IMG/VR virus record: IMGVR_UViG_3300048593_000672
Span: 1-64,000 of that record
Source: a virus
Reading direction: 5' to 3' (one strand)
DNA: 64,000 nt
Each line of letters opens with the position of its first letter. Within the stretch, counting starts at the first letter, position 1. The position numbers and the translations under genes were made by a program. The notes beneath the pieces were generated by a model. That model saw nothing but the letters and a program-made list of their open reading frames with translations. It was not told the DNA's origin and did not search any database. Below are positions 63,972-64,000 of this stretch, one piece after another.

Positions 63972-64000
63972 TTATGCCATAAAATGACAAAAATACCAGC

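Larger units (their letters stand above)
216..64000. mobile_element. Temperate siphovirus-like cyanophage/prophage (continues beyond the right edge)
   Basis: att-like tRNA fragment, repressor, replication, terminase, portal, capsid, tail and lysis genes; about 30 HIP1 (GCGATCGC) sites point to a cyanobacterial host. Confidence 0.93.

Noticed and set aside
3012-64000. ATACCAGC motif as L5-style stoperators or as codon bias
   Set aside because: Orientation does not follow transcription, and it is read in several frames on both strands

Overview
This window covers most of a temperate long-tailed (siphovirus-like) phage or prophage of a non-marine cyanobacterium. The host call rests on about 30 HIP1 GCGATCGC octamers counted by eye. 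The left end carries the 3' half of tRNA-Cys (att core) and a CI-like repressor. A + strand early/replication arm follows (0.9-16.9 kb): three DNA methyltransferases, two SSBs, gp157, a Prim-Pol/DUF3987 replicase, and an SF2 helicase with an inserted J-domain. A mostly - strand morphogenesis arm (60-17 kb) encodes terminase, portal, lysin, protease, capsid, GTA-type tail tip, tail fibres, tail tube, a frameshifted tail chaperone and a 4300-aa tape-measure protein (TMP). There are two tRNA-like genes, a repeat-rich putative origin near 59 kb, and a right-end module with a fourth methyltransferase. The most unusual observations are: (1) the giant TMP carries a protein-kinase domain, a GNAT-like domain, an alpha/beta hydrolase and a GH73 muramidase; (2) a non-palindromic motif (ATACCAGC core) occurs about 44 times in all reading frames and flips strand at the putative origin; (3) the tail-tip module is scrambled, and the hub gene appears split between loci about 19 kb apart; (4) the helicase has a J-domain. 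All counts were made by eye and all family assignments come from motif recognition, not database searches.
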